Part shown: piece by piece, positions 25,403 through 36,908 of the stretch
Numbering within the stretch: position 1 is the first letter of the stretch
How the letters are laid out: the number at the start of each line of letters is the position of its first letter
DNA from: Octopus sinensis
Lineage: Eukaryota
NCBI RefSeq assembly: GCF_006345805.1
Contig: NC_043021.1
Location: 5,642,001 to 5,706,000 of the forward strand
DNA: 64,000 bases
Direction of reading: 5' to 3'
Notes under the pieces: model-generated
Databases searched by the model: none
What the model was told of the DNA's origin: nothing
The model's input: only the letters and a program-made list of their open reading frames with translations
Position numbers and translations under genes: made by a program

Positions 25403-25929
25403 TGTGTGTGTGCGTGCATGCATATGTGTATCATTGCTGAACTGAAGCTGCTTGATGAATCGGAACCAGAATATCGTTATCATCATCATCATCACCACCA
25501 TCATCATTATAACTATGGTCATCAATCATCAATCATCATCATCATCACCTTTACCATGACTGTTACCACATACAAGTTCATTATTCAAGACAGATTATAT
25601 ATCAAGACTCTGGAATGTATGAAAATTTTCTAATAGTTCAATAAATAATCAAGAGAGACTAATCAATCAATAATCATTCAATACACACTCCATACATATT
25701 TTTTTTTTACTTTTGCTTTGTTTTGTTTGGGTTTGTTTTTTTTTACATGTTTAACTTTGTTTCTTTTTCCTTTCTTTCTTTAAATATCTCATTTAAATCC
25801 CTTAATTATCTAAACAATCAATGACAACAATAAAAACAACAATAACAACAACAACAAAAAAACAAATTAAAAATTAATTAAAATTTTGTAAAAACAAAAA
25901 ACCAATCTTCTAAAGAAATTAAGTTTCAT

Positions 25930-26082
25930 ATATATATATATATGTCTATGTATATACACATATACATATATGTTAATATATATATATACATACATATATG
26001 TTAATACGTATATATACGTGTGTGTATGAGTATATATATATATATATTATATATATATATATACGTATATATACACATATGT

Positions 26083-26118
<36 letters not shown>

Positions 26119-26345
26119 GTATACATATATATATATATACGTGTACATATACATATACGTATACATATATATGTATATATATATATATACATACATATAT
26201 ATATATTATATATATATATATATATTATATATATACATATGTATACAGACATACTCACATATACATGTGTACAGAGATATGTATATACATATGTATATAT
26301 ATATATATATACACACACATATATATACATACATACATATATATA

Positions 26346-26394
<49 letters not shown>

Positions 26395-26395
26395 C
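25930..26395. repeat. (TA/TACA)n microsatellite
   Basis: Read directly. Confidence 0.9.
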
Positions 26396-26571
26396 AAGTA
26401 AAAGGTTATAAACCTCATTAAGGGATCGTAAATCCAATGAAATTACTGGTTAGTTACCAGTCTATAGAAAGTTCAACTATGAGGTAACCATATAAACCAT
26501 GGGTTATATATTTATATATTTAAAGAATAAGGAGTAAATGTAGAGGTAATTCATAAAATCATTTATTAATT

Positions 26572-26835
26572 ATAAAATATGACAACGTCTCTGACAGCTG
26601 TTTCGATTCAGAAATCTTTAGATAACTAATTTATAAAATTAAAATCATTAAAAGATGAATCTCTTCAGAGGTAATAAAGACATACTAATTAGAAATAGAT
26701 GCTGTAATAACAGTCGTTATCTCAACATGTTTTTCTAATCAAGAGATTCATCTTATAATGATGTTAATTTTTTTTAATTAATTATCTAAAGATATCTGAA
26801 TTGAAATAGCTGACAGAGACGTTGTCATATTTTAT
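26572..26835. repeat. inverted repeat (about 94-bp arms) containing a hammerhead core on the minus strand (26589-26670)
   Basis: Arms 26572-26665 and 26741-26835. Minus: CTGAAGA-GATTCA...TGAATC-GAAA-CAGCTGT-C-AGAG. Stem I is weak. Confidence 0.65.
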
Positions 26836-27349
26836 CTATATATATATAAAACTGTAGTTGTGTGAGTGTCTGTCCCCTTCGATTTAGATTCCTAACTACT
26901 CCCACATTTTGCGGTGCAGTTTAACCAAATTCGGGTATCTTATAGTCGTGATTCATATCGAGCCCGTCTGAGTATTAGCGCGCGTCTACGATGAGTCTAC
27001 GATTTTAAAAATAATTTAACATCATTTTTTATTCCATTTTAATGCATATTTTTTCGTGTGTCGATGGCGGCGGAGTTGGCATCCACGCTCACGCCTGCAC
27101 CTGTTTGCTTCTCCCCCTTCTTCCCTCCCTCGTGAAGCTGTGGGGAAGGGAGTGTAAGGAAATCAACGTCGTAATGCGTTGTCAAGGAGACCAACGTTCT
27201 TTTAGAACAACGACTTCATGGCTTGAAGACACCAAAACAGAAATGGCTAAGAAAGCCCGAATTGACATCTATAAGGGAAGTAACTCTCTAAAAATGCTTA
27301 TATAGTTATTTCCCTTACAAACCCGAGCAACGCCGGGCGATACTGCTAG
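26835..27349 (+). mobile_element. non-autonomous Helitron
   Basis: A|TC...CCCGAGCAACGCCGGG...CTAG|T with no TSD. Confidence 0.9.
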
Positions 27350-27625
27350 TATTTTATAATTAATAAATAATTTTATGAATTACCTTTGCATTTTTTCCTT
27401 ATTCTTTATATATATATATATATACATATATGAATATTCATAACAAACACAAGTTTACATGTGTGTGTATATAAAAAATTCTAGAAATTTAAAACAAAAT
27501 ATAATGTCAAATTGAATTTCTACGAAACATTTGGTATCTGAACTGAATTAAATTGGTCAAGATCTCTGGACATATCTGCCTCCTCGTCCTTTTGTTCCAC
27601 TGTCCACAGAAACCTGTTGACCAGG

Positions 27626-28577
27626 TCAAAGAATTGTTTGATAATTAAGGGACATGAAATACCGTCCAAAAGTATGTCTGATGTTAGAGGAAGCACCATC
27701 GACAGAGTAGATGTCTGTGTCCAAGCGCTCGTTTGGCTGTTTCAGGTACTGAGAGCCCCGATAATCAAACAGCCACTCTTCTAGGAACTGCTCCTTGTTC
27801 AGCTCACAGATGTTGTGCAGTACGCAGCATGCTTCTACAATCAGGGCGGCATTATCAATTTTAAGAATCTGCTTCCTCAGCAGACACTGCCAGCGTCCCT
27901 TCAGACGACGGAAACTGGTCTCTATCACAGTGTTGGCATTGTCCAGTCTACTATTGAATGTATTTTGCATGACTGTTAATTTTCTGCCACTACTACCACC
28001 ATTACTGTTGCTGCCAGCCTCAAAAGGCACCATCAGCCAATTCAACAATGGGTACTGTGTGTCCCCAATGAGCACAATTGGCATTTCATTGTCCCCCATC
28101 TGCCGATACTTAGGAACAAACAATTTACTGTTTCTTCCGTGTTCATAAACTTTGGAATTTGAAAACACGTGGATGTTATGCAAGCGACCTGGCCATCCCG
28201 TGCTGATGCTGGTAAAACAGAACTCATCGTCGGCAACAGCTTGCAGTACTATCGATGGCCATCCGCAACTATTGTAGTAGTCCGTGCTGTTGTCCTGAGG
28301 GGTGAGGATCGGTACATGGGTGGCATTGATCACGCCAGCACAGTTCGGGAAGCCCCACCGACTCTCAAAGCTCTCGATCACACTTTCAAGTTGCTTGCCT
28401 CTTGGAATGTAAATGTATTTTTTACTGAGTACTTTCACTATCGACTGGCACACCGACCTTAGAATCGAATGTGCACTTGATATTGCAATGCCAAACATGT
28501 TTTCAGCAATCCGATAATCACAGCCAGAAGATAGGATGTAGACTGTTACAGCGACCCATTTTTCAATCGGAAGACTC
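27626..28577 (-). CDS. Harbinger-transposase-derived HARBI1/ALP1-like protein, exon 2 (DDE_Tnp_4-type domain)
   Basis: Acceptor TTTTGCAG| at 28578 (phase 2). Reads SLPIEKWVAVTVYILSSG..FPNCAGVINATHVPI..SIVLQAVADD..GWPGRLHNIHVF..LIGDTQYPL..IETSFRRLKGRW..CCVLHNICE, with stop at 27626. The joined CDS complement(27626..28577,33517..33875) is 1311 nt (436 aa). Confidence 0.88.
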
Positions 28578-29516
28578 CTGCAAAACAAAACAAAAGGAAA
28601 ACAATATATTATTGGTTTCATACAAAGACTTAAAAGCAGAAATTTGGGAAGGCAATGATGATAGTAGTGGTGGCGATGGTAGATGCTTCTCTCAGTTTCC
28701 ATCTACCAAATCCACTCACAAGGCTTTGGCCAGCCAAACGCTATAGAGGACACTTGCCAAGGTGCTACACAGTGGGACTGAACCCAGAACCATATATATT
28801 TTCTATCTTTTACTTGTTTCAGTAATTTAACTACGGCCATGCTGGGGCACCACCTTGAAAGGATTTTTAGACAAACAAATCATTACCAGGACTTCTTTTT
28901 TTTAAAGCTTGGTACTTATTCTATCAGTCTCTTATGCCAAACCACTAATGATGATGATGATGGTGGAGTAATGGTGGAGCTGATGATGAGAATGGTGATG
29001 ATGTCAATGTAATGATGAAGGTGGTGGTGGTGGTAGTGGAGCTGACAATGACGAGGATGGTGATGGTGATAATCATGATGGAGAGGTGATGATGAAATGG
29101 TGGTGGTGGTGACGACGATGATGATAGTAAACTAATTAGTTAGTTAATTTTTTGGCTCAAAAAGCAAAAAGCAAGGCCATGTAGGGGGACATGGAGTTAT
29201 GTACAGGGTGGTGTTCATGTAAAGAGTTCAGGCCACTTGTGGTCAAGGGAGACTGGATGCCCCTCTTCTGCCACCACCTCCACTATTAAGAACCACTCTA
29301 TTACAATAACATTGTCTTTTTTTTCTCAACTTATAGTTTTAATTAGTTTCCTGATGTTTACTGTATTAAACAAAAAAATATGTTAAACACTAACTTAAAT
29401 ATATTATGGCTGGAACTGAAATATAGGATGACCAAAGCTTGAAACGAACACCTGTTACTAGATTAACGCTCAAAAGGTGCTTTTTACATGCCCTGGTTAT
29501 GTATGCATGTGCATAT

Positions 29517-29930
29517 ACTCTCTTTTACTCTTTTAGTTGTTTCAGTCATTTGACTGCGGCCATGCTGGAGCACCGCCTTTAATCGAGCAACTCGACCCCG
29601 GGACTTATTCTTTTTGTAAGACCAGTACTTATTCTATCGGTCTCTTTTGCCGAACCGCTAAGTAACGGGGACATAAACACACCAGCATCGGTTGTCAAGC
29701 AATGCTAGGGAGACAAACACAGACGCACAAACACGCACACGCATATATATATATATATACATATATACGACGGGCTTCTTTCAGTTTCCGTCTACCAAAT
29801 CCACTCACAAGGCTTTGGTCGGCCCGAAGCTATAGTAGAAGACACTTGCCCAAGGTGCCACGCAGTGGGACTGAACCCGGAACCATGTGGTTGGTAAGCA
29901 AGCTACTTACCACACAGCCACTCCTACGCC
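29517..29930 (-). mobile_element. SINE family A (intronic)
   Basis: Full-length copy, followed by diverged copies to about 30820. Confidence 0.85.
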
Positions 29931-30361
29931 TATATATATATATATTCTTTTATATGTTTCAGTAATTTGACTGTGATCATGCTGGGGCATTGCCTTGAAG
30001 GGTTTTAGTAGAACACACCGACCCCAGGACTTATTTTTTTAAGCCTAGTACTTATTCTATCACTCTCTATTGCCAAACAGCTAAGTTACGGGGACATAAG
30101 CACACCAACACCAATTGTTAAGCAGTGGCTGGGGGACATAGATACATATATATATATATGACAGGCTTCTCTCAGTTTCCATCTACCAAATCAACTCACA
30201 AGGCTTTGGTCAGCCCAACGCAATAGAGGACACTTGCCAAGGTGCTACACAGTGGGACTGAACCCAGAACCATATATATTTTCTATCTTTTACTTGTTTC
30301 AGTAATTTAACTGCGGCCATGCTGGGGCACCAAGTAAAAGAGTATATATATATAGATAGAT

Positions 30362-30395
<34 letters not shown>

Positions 30396-30651
30396 CAGGT
30401 TTGCTACCCATCCTCATGGTTTCAGGTTTTGTCCCACTGCAAGTATCTTCTACTATAGCCTTGTGACAACCAAAGCCTTGTCAGTGGATTTGGTCGATGC
30501 AAACTGAAAGAAGGATTTTTAGACAAACAAATCATTACCAGGACATCTTTTTTTTAAAGCCTGGTACTTATTCTATCAATCTCTTATGTCAAACCACTAA
30601 GTTACAAAAACATAAACACACCAATACGTGTTGTCAAGCGGAACAAACACA

Positions 30652-30697
<46 letters not shown>

Positions 30698-30842
30698 TAC
30701 AACAGGCTTCTTTCAGTTTGCATCGACCAAATCCACTGACAAGGCTTTGGTTGGCACAAGGCTATAGTAGAAGACACTTGCAGTGGGACAAAACCTGAAA
30801 CCATGAGGATGGGTACAAACCGGATATATAATATATATATAT

Positions 30843-30877
<35 letters not shown>

Positions 30878-31202
30878 GATATCCTTTAGTGAAAGTGCAT
30901 TCGAAAGTTCATGATCGTAAAAGCGAGTATAGCTCAATAAAAAAACTCTAATGAGGAATGAGGTACAGAGTAGGGACCACCTCACCACATTAGTATTTAT
31001 GGATCAGCATTAACTATGTTGGCACGTCATGCAATTTTAACGATTCCATAGTTTTATACACCTGCGTGTGTGTATGGTGGGATTTGGTGTTTATAAAAAT
31101 ATCTTTAAAATATTCGGTAATATAAACAAACAAAGCACTTGAATGAGTTTATATTGAAAACACGACTGTGTCCCTCCTTTTCAAGCTCCATACCTTTTAT
31201 AG

Positions 31203-31427
31203 CAGTGGTTCTTAACCATTTTTTTGCCTATGGGCTCCTTTAATTCCTATTTCACTTCGAGAAACCCTCATAAACAGTGCTTTGAAAATTCCATTGTATG
31301 TTTATAATTAAATTATTATTAGGAATTGAATTAAAAAATTTTGGGGTATTGCAGAAGCATAACCAATTTATTGCGAATAAAACTTTAACAACGAAAATCT
31401 TATATATACCCAGTTTGAGAACCACAG
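31203..31427. mobile_element. hAT-like MITE
   Basis: Termini CAGTGGTTCTTAAC...GTTTGAGAACCACAG resemble Charlie-type TIRs. The 8-bp TSD is only partly matched. Confidence 0.45.
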
Positions 31428-31856
31428 CACTATAATTTCAAACTAAGCAGAAAGGAAGAGTAATTAAAGGAGCAGAGGGGAAATCAGTAACCAAAAGATA
31501 GGACATATACACACAATGTGTTTTCCTTATAAAAACAAACAAAATCGTTAAGGCGTCGGGAAAAGAATCACATGAAGCATTCCTTCCGGTTTTTTTCACA
31601 TTCTGAATTCGAATTCCGCCGAAGTCGACTTCGCCTCTCATCCTTTCGAGGTCGATAAAATAAAGCACCAGTCAAGTACAGAAGCTGGTATAATCGAAAC
31701 TGCTGGCCAGGTGCCTAAATTAGAAACAACACACATTCACACATGAAATATACAAGGTGAATGTGACTTCGAATTTTCACGAGAGAGAGAAAGATGTAAT
31801 ATATATAATTATTAAGGTTGGTTGCTATGCCGCAATGTGTGTGTGTGTATATATAT

Positions 31857-31887
<31 letters not shown>

Positions 31888-31889
31888 AC

Positions 31890-32191
31890 AGGAATTTGGT
31901 ACGAATAATATACATATATATATAATTAAAGTCAAATACGGGTGGATTCCCTTTGCGGATCTATATCTAGCGTAAGAGCATCCACATAGTGATTCTCTCT
32001 TATAGTTGTGTATACATATATATATATATATAATATATTATGTATGTATGTATACACAACTATAAGAGAGAATCCACTATGTGGATGCTCTTACGCTAGA
32101 TATAGATCCGCAAAGGGAATCCACCCTTATTTTGACTTTAATTATATATATATGTATATATATATATAATATATATTCGTACCAAATTCCT
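31890..32191. repeat. near-perfect palindrome (about 130-bp arms, TA spacer)
   Basis: AGGAATTTGGTACG...GTTGTGTATACAT is mirrored by ATGTATACACAAC...CGTACCAAATTCCT. Confidence 0.9.
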
Positions 32192-33263
32192 TACTGTAGG
32201 TAGTCAATATAAATATAATAACGCAATGTAAAGAAGTTTCATCTCCCCAAAATACGCATTCTTCCTTCTACACACACACACACACATAAGTAGAATCCTG
32301 GTTTAAGCACTTCATATAATCTTTTATAACTTTTTTATTTTCTATATACGTGCGTGTTACTACTCGGAGTTTCGCTAATATCGTTCGTAGCGTTAAATTT
32401 TTTTTTTATTTTGATCAACGATATATATCGAAAAGTTTAATCTCTATTTTACAATAAATATGTATACATTCGACTTCTGTAAATAAAGTAGTTTTTCGTC
32501 CCTTTATAATAAGCTCGTGTGTGTGTGTAGGAAACGTTAATCAGTGGTTGTCGTCAACGAAGATGACTTTGTCCACATGTAAGGTTGTATCGCTAGTGAT
32601 TTCAACCTGGGGAGGCCCACCTCTCTCTCTCTCTCTCTCTATCTCTGATTATACAGTTGCATGCCGAAAACGAAAGAAAACGGAAAATAATGGAACGGAT
32701 CACGAGAAGAACAGGAACCTAGTTCGGAGTAGTGCTTAATTATCAGTTAATTACATTCATGCATATATGGATGTGTGTGTCTACACAAACTTATACATAT
32801 ACGGATGTGTGTGTATATACACTCATACATATATGGATGTATGTATACACACCACATGCACAGATAAATACATACGTATTATACATACATACATACATAC
32901 ATTTATATATTATAATATATATATATATATTATATATAATATATATCAATAATATAGGGTGAAATTAATTAATTTAGAAATAATCATTAATTTCACCAAG
33001 TAGAGTTCGGCATGTAAAAGACCCATTCAAGGAAGGTTTAAGTAATACTATTAATTAAGGGTTCAGCACGATTTTGCCTCACCACACACCGAATTTTAAA
33101 TAGCAGTCAAAAAGAATAGCCAAATACATGTATATATATATAATATAATATATATATATATATATAATATATATTAATTGTGCCTTTCGAAACACTGTTA
33201 AATAAATAAACGATTTCTTTCAATCTGCGTTCAGCTCTCATTTCTTCAATTCACCAATAATAT

Positions 33264-33301
<38 letters not shown>

Positions 33302-33303
33302 CA

Positions 33304-33343
<40 letters not shown>

Positions 33344-33516
33344 ATATATATATACATGTATATATATATATACATGTATATATATATATATACATGTATA
33401 GGTATATGTTTGATTGGTTTTTTTTTTCTCTTTTTTTTTTGTCAAATTTAATTTTTGATTTCGATATTCGGTGTTCGTTTAGAATATATTTTACATAAAA
33501 TAACCAAAAACTCTAC

Positions 33517-33875
33517 CTGGGCATATCTGGAATGGAATATTCTATATCGGATCTGATACAGTTACACAGATACTCAAAAGTTTGTTTCGACATTCTGAAA
33601 TTCTCGATCCAGTCCTGAGAGGAGAACGTGTTCTGTACAATATGGTCCCACCAGTAGGAGTAACGATTCTTGGTCCAAGCCACTCTGTTGGCCGACGGTT
33701 CCAGCAGGAGCGTAGGCAATATGTTGAATACGAAATACATCCTTTGGCTCGATTGGAACCTAGAAAAGGCTCTGATTCGTCTGAAGTGCCGTTTTTTCAT
33801 GTGGTAGCATCTTTTGTCGGCTTCTAATCGTCTTTTTCTGATCATCGCGAATACGAATGCGAGTAGTTCAGCCAT
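33517..33875 (-). CDS. HARBI1/ALP1-like protein, exon 1
   Basis: ATG in AAAATGG context. Reads MAELLAFVFAM...WWDHIVQNTFSSQDWIENFRMSKQTFEYLC..., containing the W.ENFRMS..TF..LC motif typical of Harbinger transposase N-termini. Donor AG|GTAGAG at 33516 is in frame with exon 2. Confidence 0.85.
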
Positions 33876-33956
33876 TTTGAGATGATTTGATGATTAAAGA
33901 AATAAATAAAAAAAAAAAAAAAGGGAAATAAATGAAAACAAATTATCAAAGAAAAA

Positions 33957-34000
33957 CCGGATGTAAACAAGTGAGAAGCTAAATCCTTGCCACCGGAAGT
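33957..34000. promoter_or_regulatory. paired ETS-class motifs upstream of the HARBI1-like ATG
   Basis: CCGGATGT at 33957-33964 and CCGGAAGT at 33993-34000, 80-125 bp upstream of the start codon. Confidence 0.4.
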
Positions 34001-34060
34001 GGATAACTCGATCGGTTTATTTCCTTTTCATAATACGTCGGCTGCATTAAAGTCATTGAC

Positions 34061-34838
34061 TTGGCGAGCTTTCGTCTCTAGTAGACCTTTCCGTCGATTT
34101 CCGTAAAAAATTTTTTTTTTTATACATATGGGCTTGCGGGAACTTTTGAAGTAATGAGAGCGAAAGAGACTAAGAGAAAGCGGCAATCTTTCGTCTCTAG
34201 TAGACCTTTCCGTCGATTTCCGTAAAAATTTTTTTTTTTTTTACATATGGGCTTGCGGGAACTTTTGAAGTAATGAGAGCGAAAGAGACTATCATTGGCG
34301 ATCTTTCGTCTCTAGTAGACCTTTCCGTCGATTTCCGTAAAAAAATTTTTTTTTTTACATATGGGCTTGCGGGAACTTTTGAAGTAATGAGATCGAAAGA
34401 GACTATCTTGGCGATATTTCGTCAGTAGACTTTCCGTCGATTTCCGTAAAAAAATTTTTTTCATATGGCTTGCGGGATTTTTGAGTAATGAGAGCGAAAG
34501 AGACTATCATGGCGAATTCGTCTTTGTAGACCTTTCCGTCGATTTCCGTAAAAAATTTTTTTTTTTACATATGGGCTGCGGGAATTTTTGAAGTAATAGA
34601 GCGAAAATAGACTATCATTGGCGATATTTCGTCTTTTAGTAACTTTCCGTCGATTTCCGTAAAAAAATTTTTTTTTTTACATATGGGCTTGCGGGAACTT
34701 TTGAAGTAATGAGAGCGAAAGAGACTATCATTGGCGATATTTCGTCTTTAGTAGACCTTTCCGTCGATTTCCGTAAAAAAAAATTTTTTTTTTACATATG
34801 GGCTTGCGGGAATTTTTGAAGTAATGAGAGCGAAAGAG
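34061..34838. repeat. tandem repeat, 7 units of about 105-120 bp
   Basis: Unit TTGGCGA..TTTCGTC..TAGACCTTTCCGTCGATTTCCGTAAAAAATTTTTTTACATATGGGCTTGCGGGAA..GAGAGCGAAAGAGACTA. Confidence 0.9.
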
Positions 34839-35385
34839 GTGGCTTCTTAAATAAGTACCTTGTTTTTTAGTCATCGTTTTGTTTAGTTGTTGCAATATTC
34901 TAGTGTCCCCTTAAGGAACGGATAGAAAAGACACACTTCCTCTCAAAGAAGTTTATAAAAATTTTAAAAAGATACGTAAAAATGTATATGAGAGGAGACT
35001 CTCGTGAAATCCCATTTTCCGTCTCTGATTTTGTTGTATAAACTGATATCATTTAAAATAATTCAATGAAAAGGAATGTATTTTACAAAAACTAAAAGGA
35101 GAAAGAAAAAATATCAATGCAGGCCCCCAAACAAGCATTGTCAAGATACCAGACATTCAAGTCTAGGTCAGCTCCCATCTTGATAACATCGTCAATAGCC
35201 AGGGCAAATAGAGAAGGTCCAAGTGGGTGGGTCATCCTGTTAATTTCAGGATAACTTCAAAACGACATGAATAAAAGAAAATATTACATTTGATAGAATA
35301 ATCTGAATACTGAAGGGTTAAACAACTGTATGTCTACATTTGCCCACACCCCTGTATTCACTAATCCAGCATTGACAGATCAATA

Positions 35386-35900
35386 TCTATATATATATAA
35401 AACTGTAGTTGTGTGAGTGTTTGTCCCCTTCGATTTAGATTCCTAACTACTCCCACATTTTGCGGTGCAGTTTAACCAAATTCGGGTATCTTATAGTCGT
35501 GATTCATATCGAGCCCGTCTGAGTATTAGCGCGCGTCTACGATGAGTCTACGATTTTTAAAATAATTTAACATCATTTTTTATTCCATTTTAATGCATAA
35601 TTTTTCGTGTGTCGATGGCGGCGGAGTTGGCGTCCATGGTCACACCTGCACCTGTTTGCTTCTCCCCCTTCTTCCCTCCCTCGTGAAGCTGTGGGGAAGG
35701 GAGTGTAAGGAAATTAACGTCGTAAAGCGTTGTCAAGGAGACCAGCGTTCTTTTAGAACAACGACTTCATGGCTTGAAGACACCAAAACAGAAATGGCTA
35801 AGAAAGCCCGAATTGGCATCTATAAGGGAAGTAACTCTCTAAAAATGCTTATATAGTTATTTCCCTTACAAACCCGAGCAACGCCGGGTGATACTGCTAG
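35386..35900 (+). mobile_element. non-autonomous Helitron (long subfamily)
   Basis: A|TC start, hairpin plus CTAG end. Confidence 0.9.
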
Positions 35901-36285
35901 TCTTTATATATAAGAATAAGGTTGTGTGTCTGTCTCCTACGATTTAGATTCCTAACTACTCCCACATTTTGCGGTGCAGTTTAACCAAAACCGGGTATCT
36001 TATAGTCGTGATTCATATCGAGCCCTTCTGGGTATTAGCGCGCGTCTACGATGAGTCTACGATTTAAAAAAAAATTTACCATCATTTTCCCCCATTTTAA
36101 TGCATTTTTTCGCTAATATATAAGGGAAGTAACTCTCTAAAAATGTCTACGATGAGTCAACGATTTAAAAAAAATTTACCATCATTTTTTTCCATTTTTA
36201 GTGCATTTTTTTGCTATAACTCTCTAAAAATGCTTATATAGTTATTTCCCTTACAAACCCGAGCAACGCCGGGCGATACTGCTAG
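35901..36285 (+). mobile_element. non-autonomous Helitron (short subfamily), head-to-tail with the preceding copy
   Basis: Starts TCTTTATATATA directly after the CTAG of the previous copy and ends CTAG|T. Confidence 0.85.
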
Positions 36286-36369
36286 TTTGATGATAAAAAA
36301 AAAGACAATAATAATAAATATGGTTCAAGTGGGTCATCCTATTGGACTTCAAAGACAGGTGGAATGAGG

Positions 36370-36908
36370 TGGTCACCAAAGGCGAGGTTGGAGGGCTCCC
36401 GATAAGCTTACCAAGCAAAGTGATAGAGCTTTTGGGCAGTCTCCCTTACTACACGGAAGATGACATCCCAACTGATGGAATTGAAGGCGTTTTTGAAGTC
36501 TAGTTTAAGGATGACCCTTGGGGACTCAGAAAGCAAGTTAGTGAAAGCTCTAGTGGCATGGGCTTCAGCCTCATAGTCTAGCTTAGTACCCACCCGTAGC
36601 TGGGTAGGAGAAAATTTGGTTGACAGGCATTTAGAAACTGAGGACAGACACACCTGTCGCAGAGTACCACTAACTGCTATGGGGCGGAAGTCACCATTGG
36701 GCTTGGTAAGAGCAAATAGTTTGGCACCAAAGAACAGGGGACGAATGTAGGGAAGAACACACTCGCACGAGAACAAGTTTATAAACTGCGATAGGTTCTC
36801 CAAGAGCTCAAGACCAGCATCACCGGCTGACAGGGAGATGCCATCTCTGAGATGTCGAGACCGTAAGCTATCGATCCCAACACCAGAAACCCACTGGAAA
36901 AGATGCAA
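36370..36908 (-). mobile_element. CRE-clade-like non-LTR retrotransposon reverse transcriptase fragment
   Basis: LFALTKPNGDFRPIAVSGTLR..PTQLRVG..AEAHATR..KLDFKNAFNS..W*AYREPSNLAFGD matches CRE-type RT motifs; it carries a stop codon. Confidence 0.7.

Noticed and set aside
28578-28702. N-terminal 42 aa of the 358-aa ORF (METERSIYHRHHYY...)
   Set aside because: It starts inside a SINE A fragment and runs through a polypyrimidine tract and acceptor. The real N-terminus is exon 1 at 33517-33875.
32583-32620. half hammerhead resembling the 370-bp repeat motif (GGTT-GAAA-TCACTAGCGAT-A)
   Set aside because: The CUGANGA core is replaced by a CT microsatellite; it is at best a remnant.
34061-34838. 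CRISPR-like appearance, or a hammerhead in the tandem unit
   Set aside because: There are no unique spacers or cas genes and the context is eukaryotic. GAAA is present but the CUGANGA core is absent.
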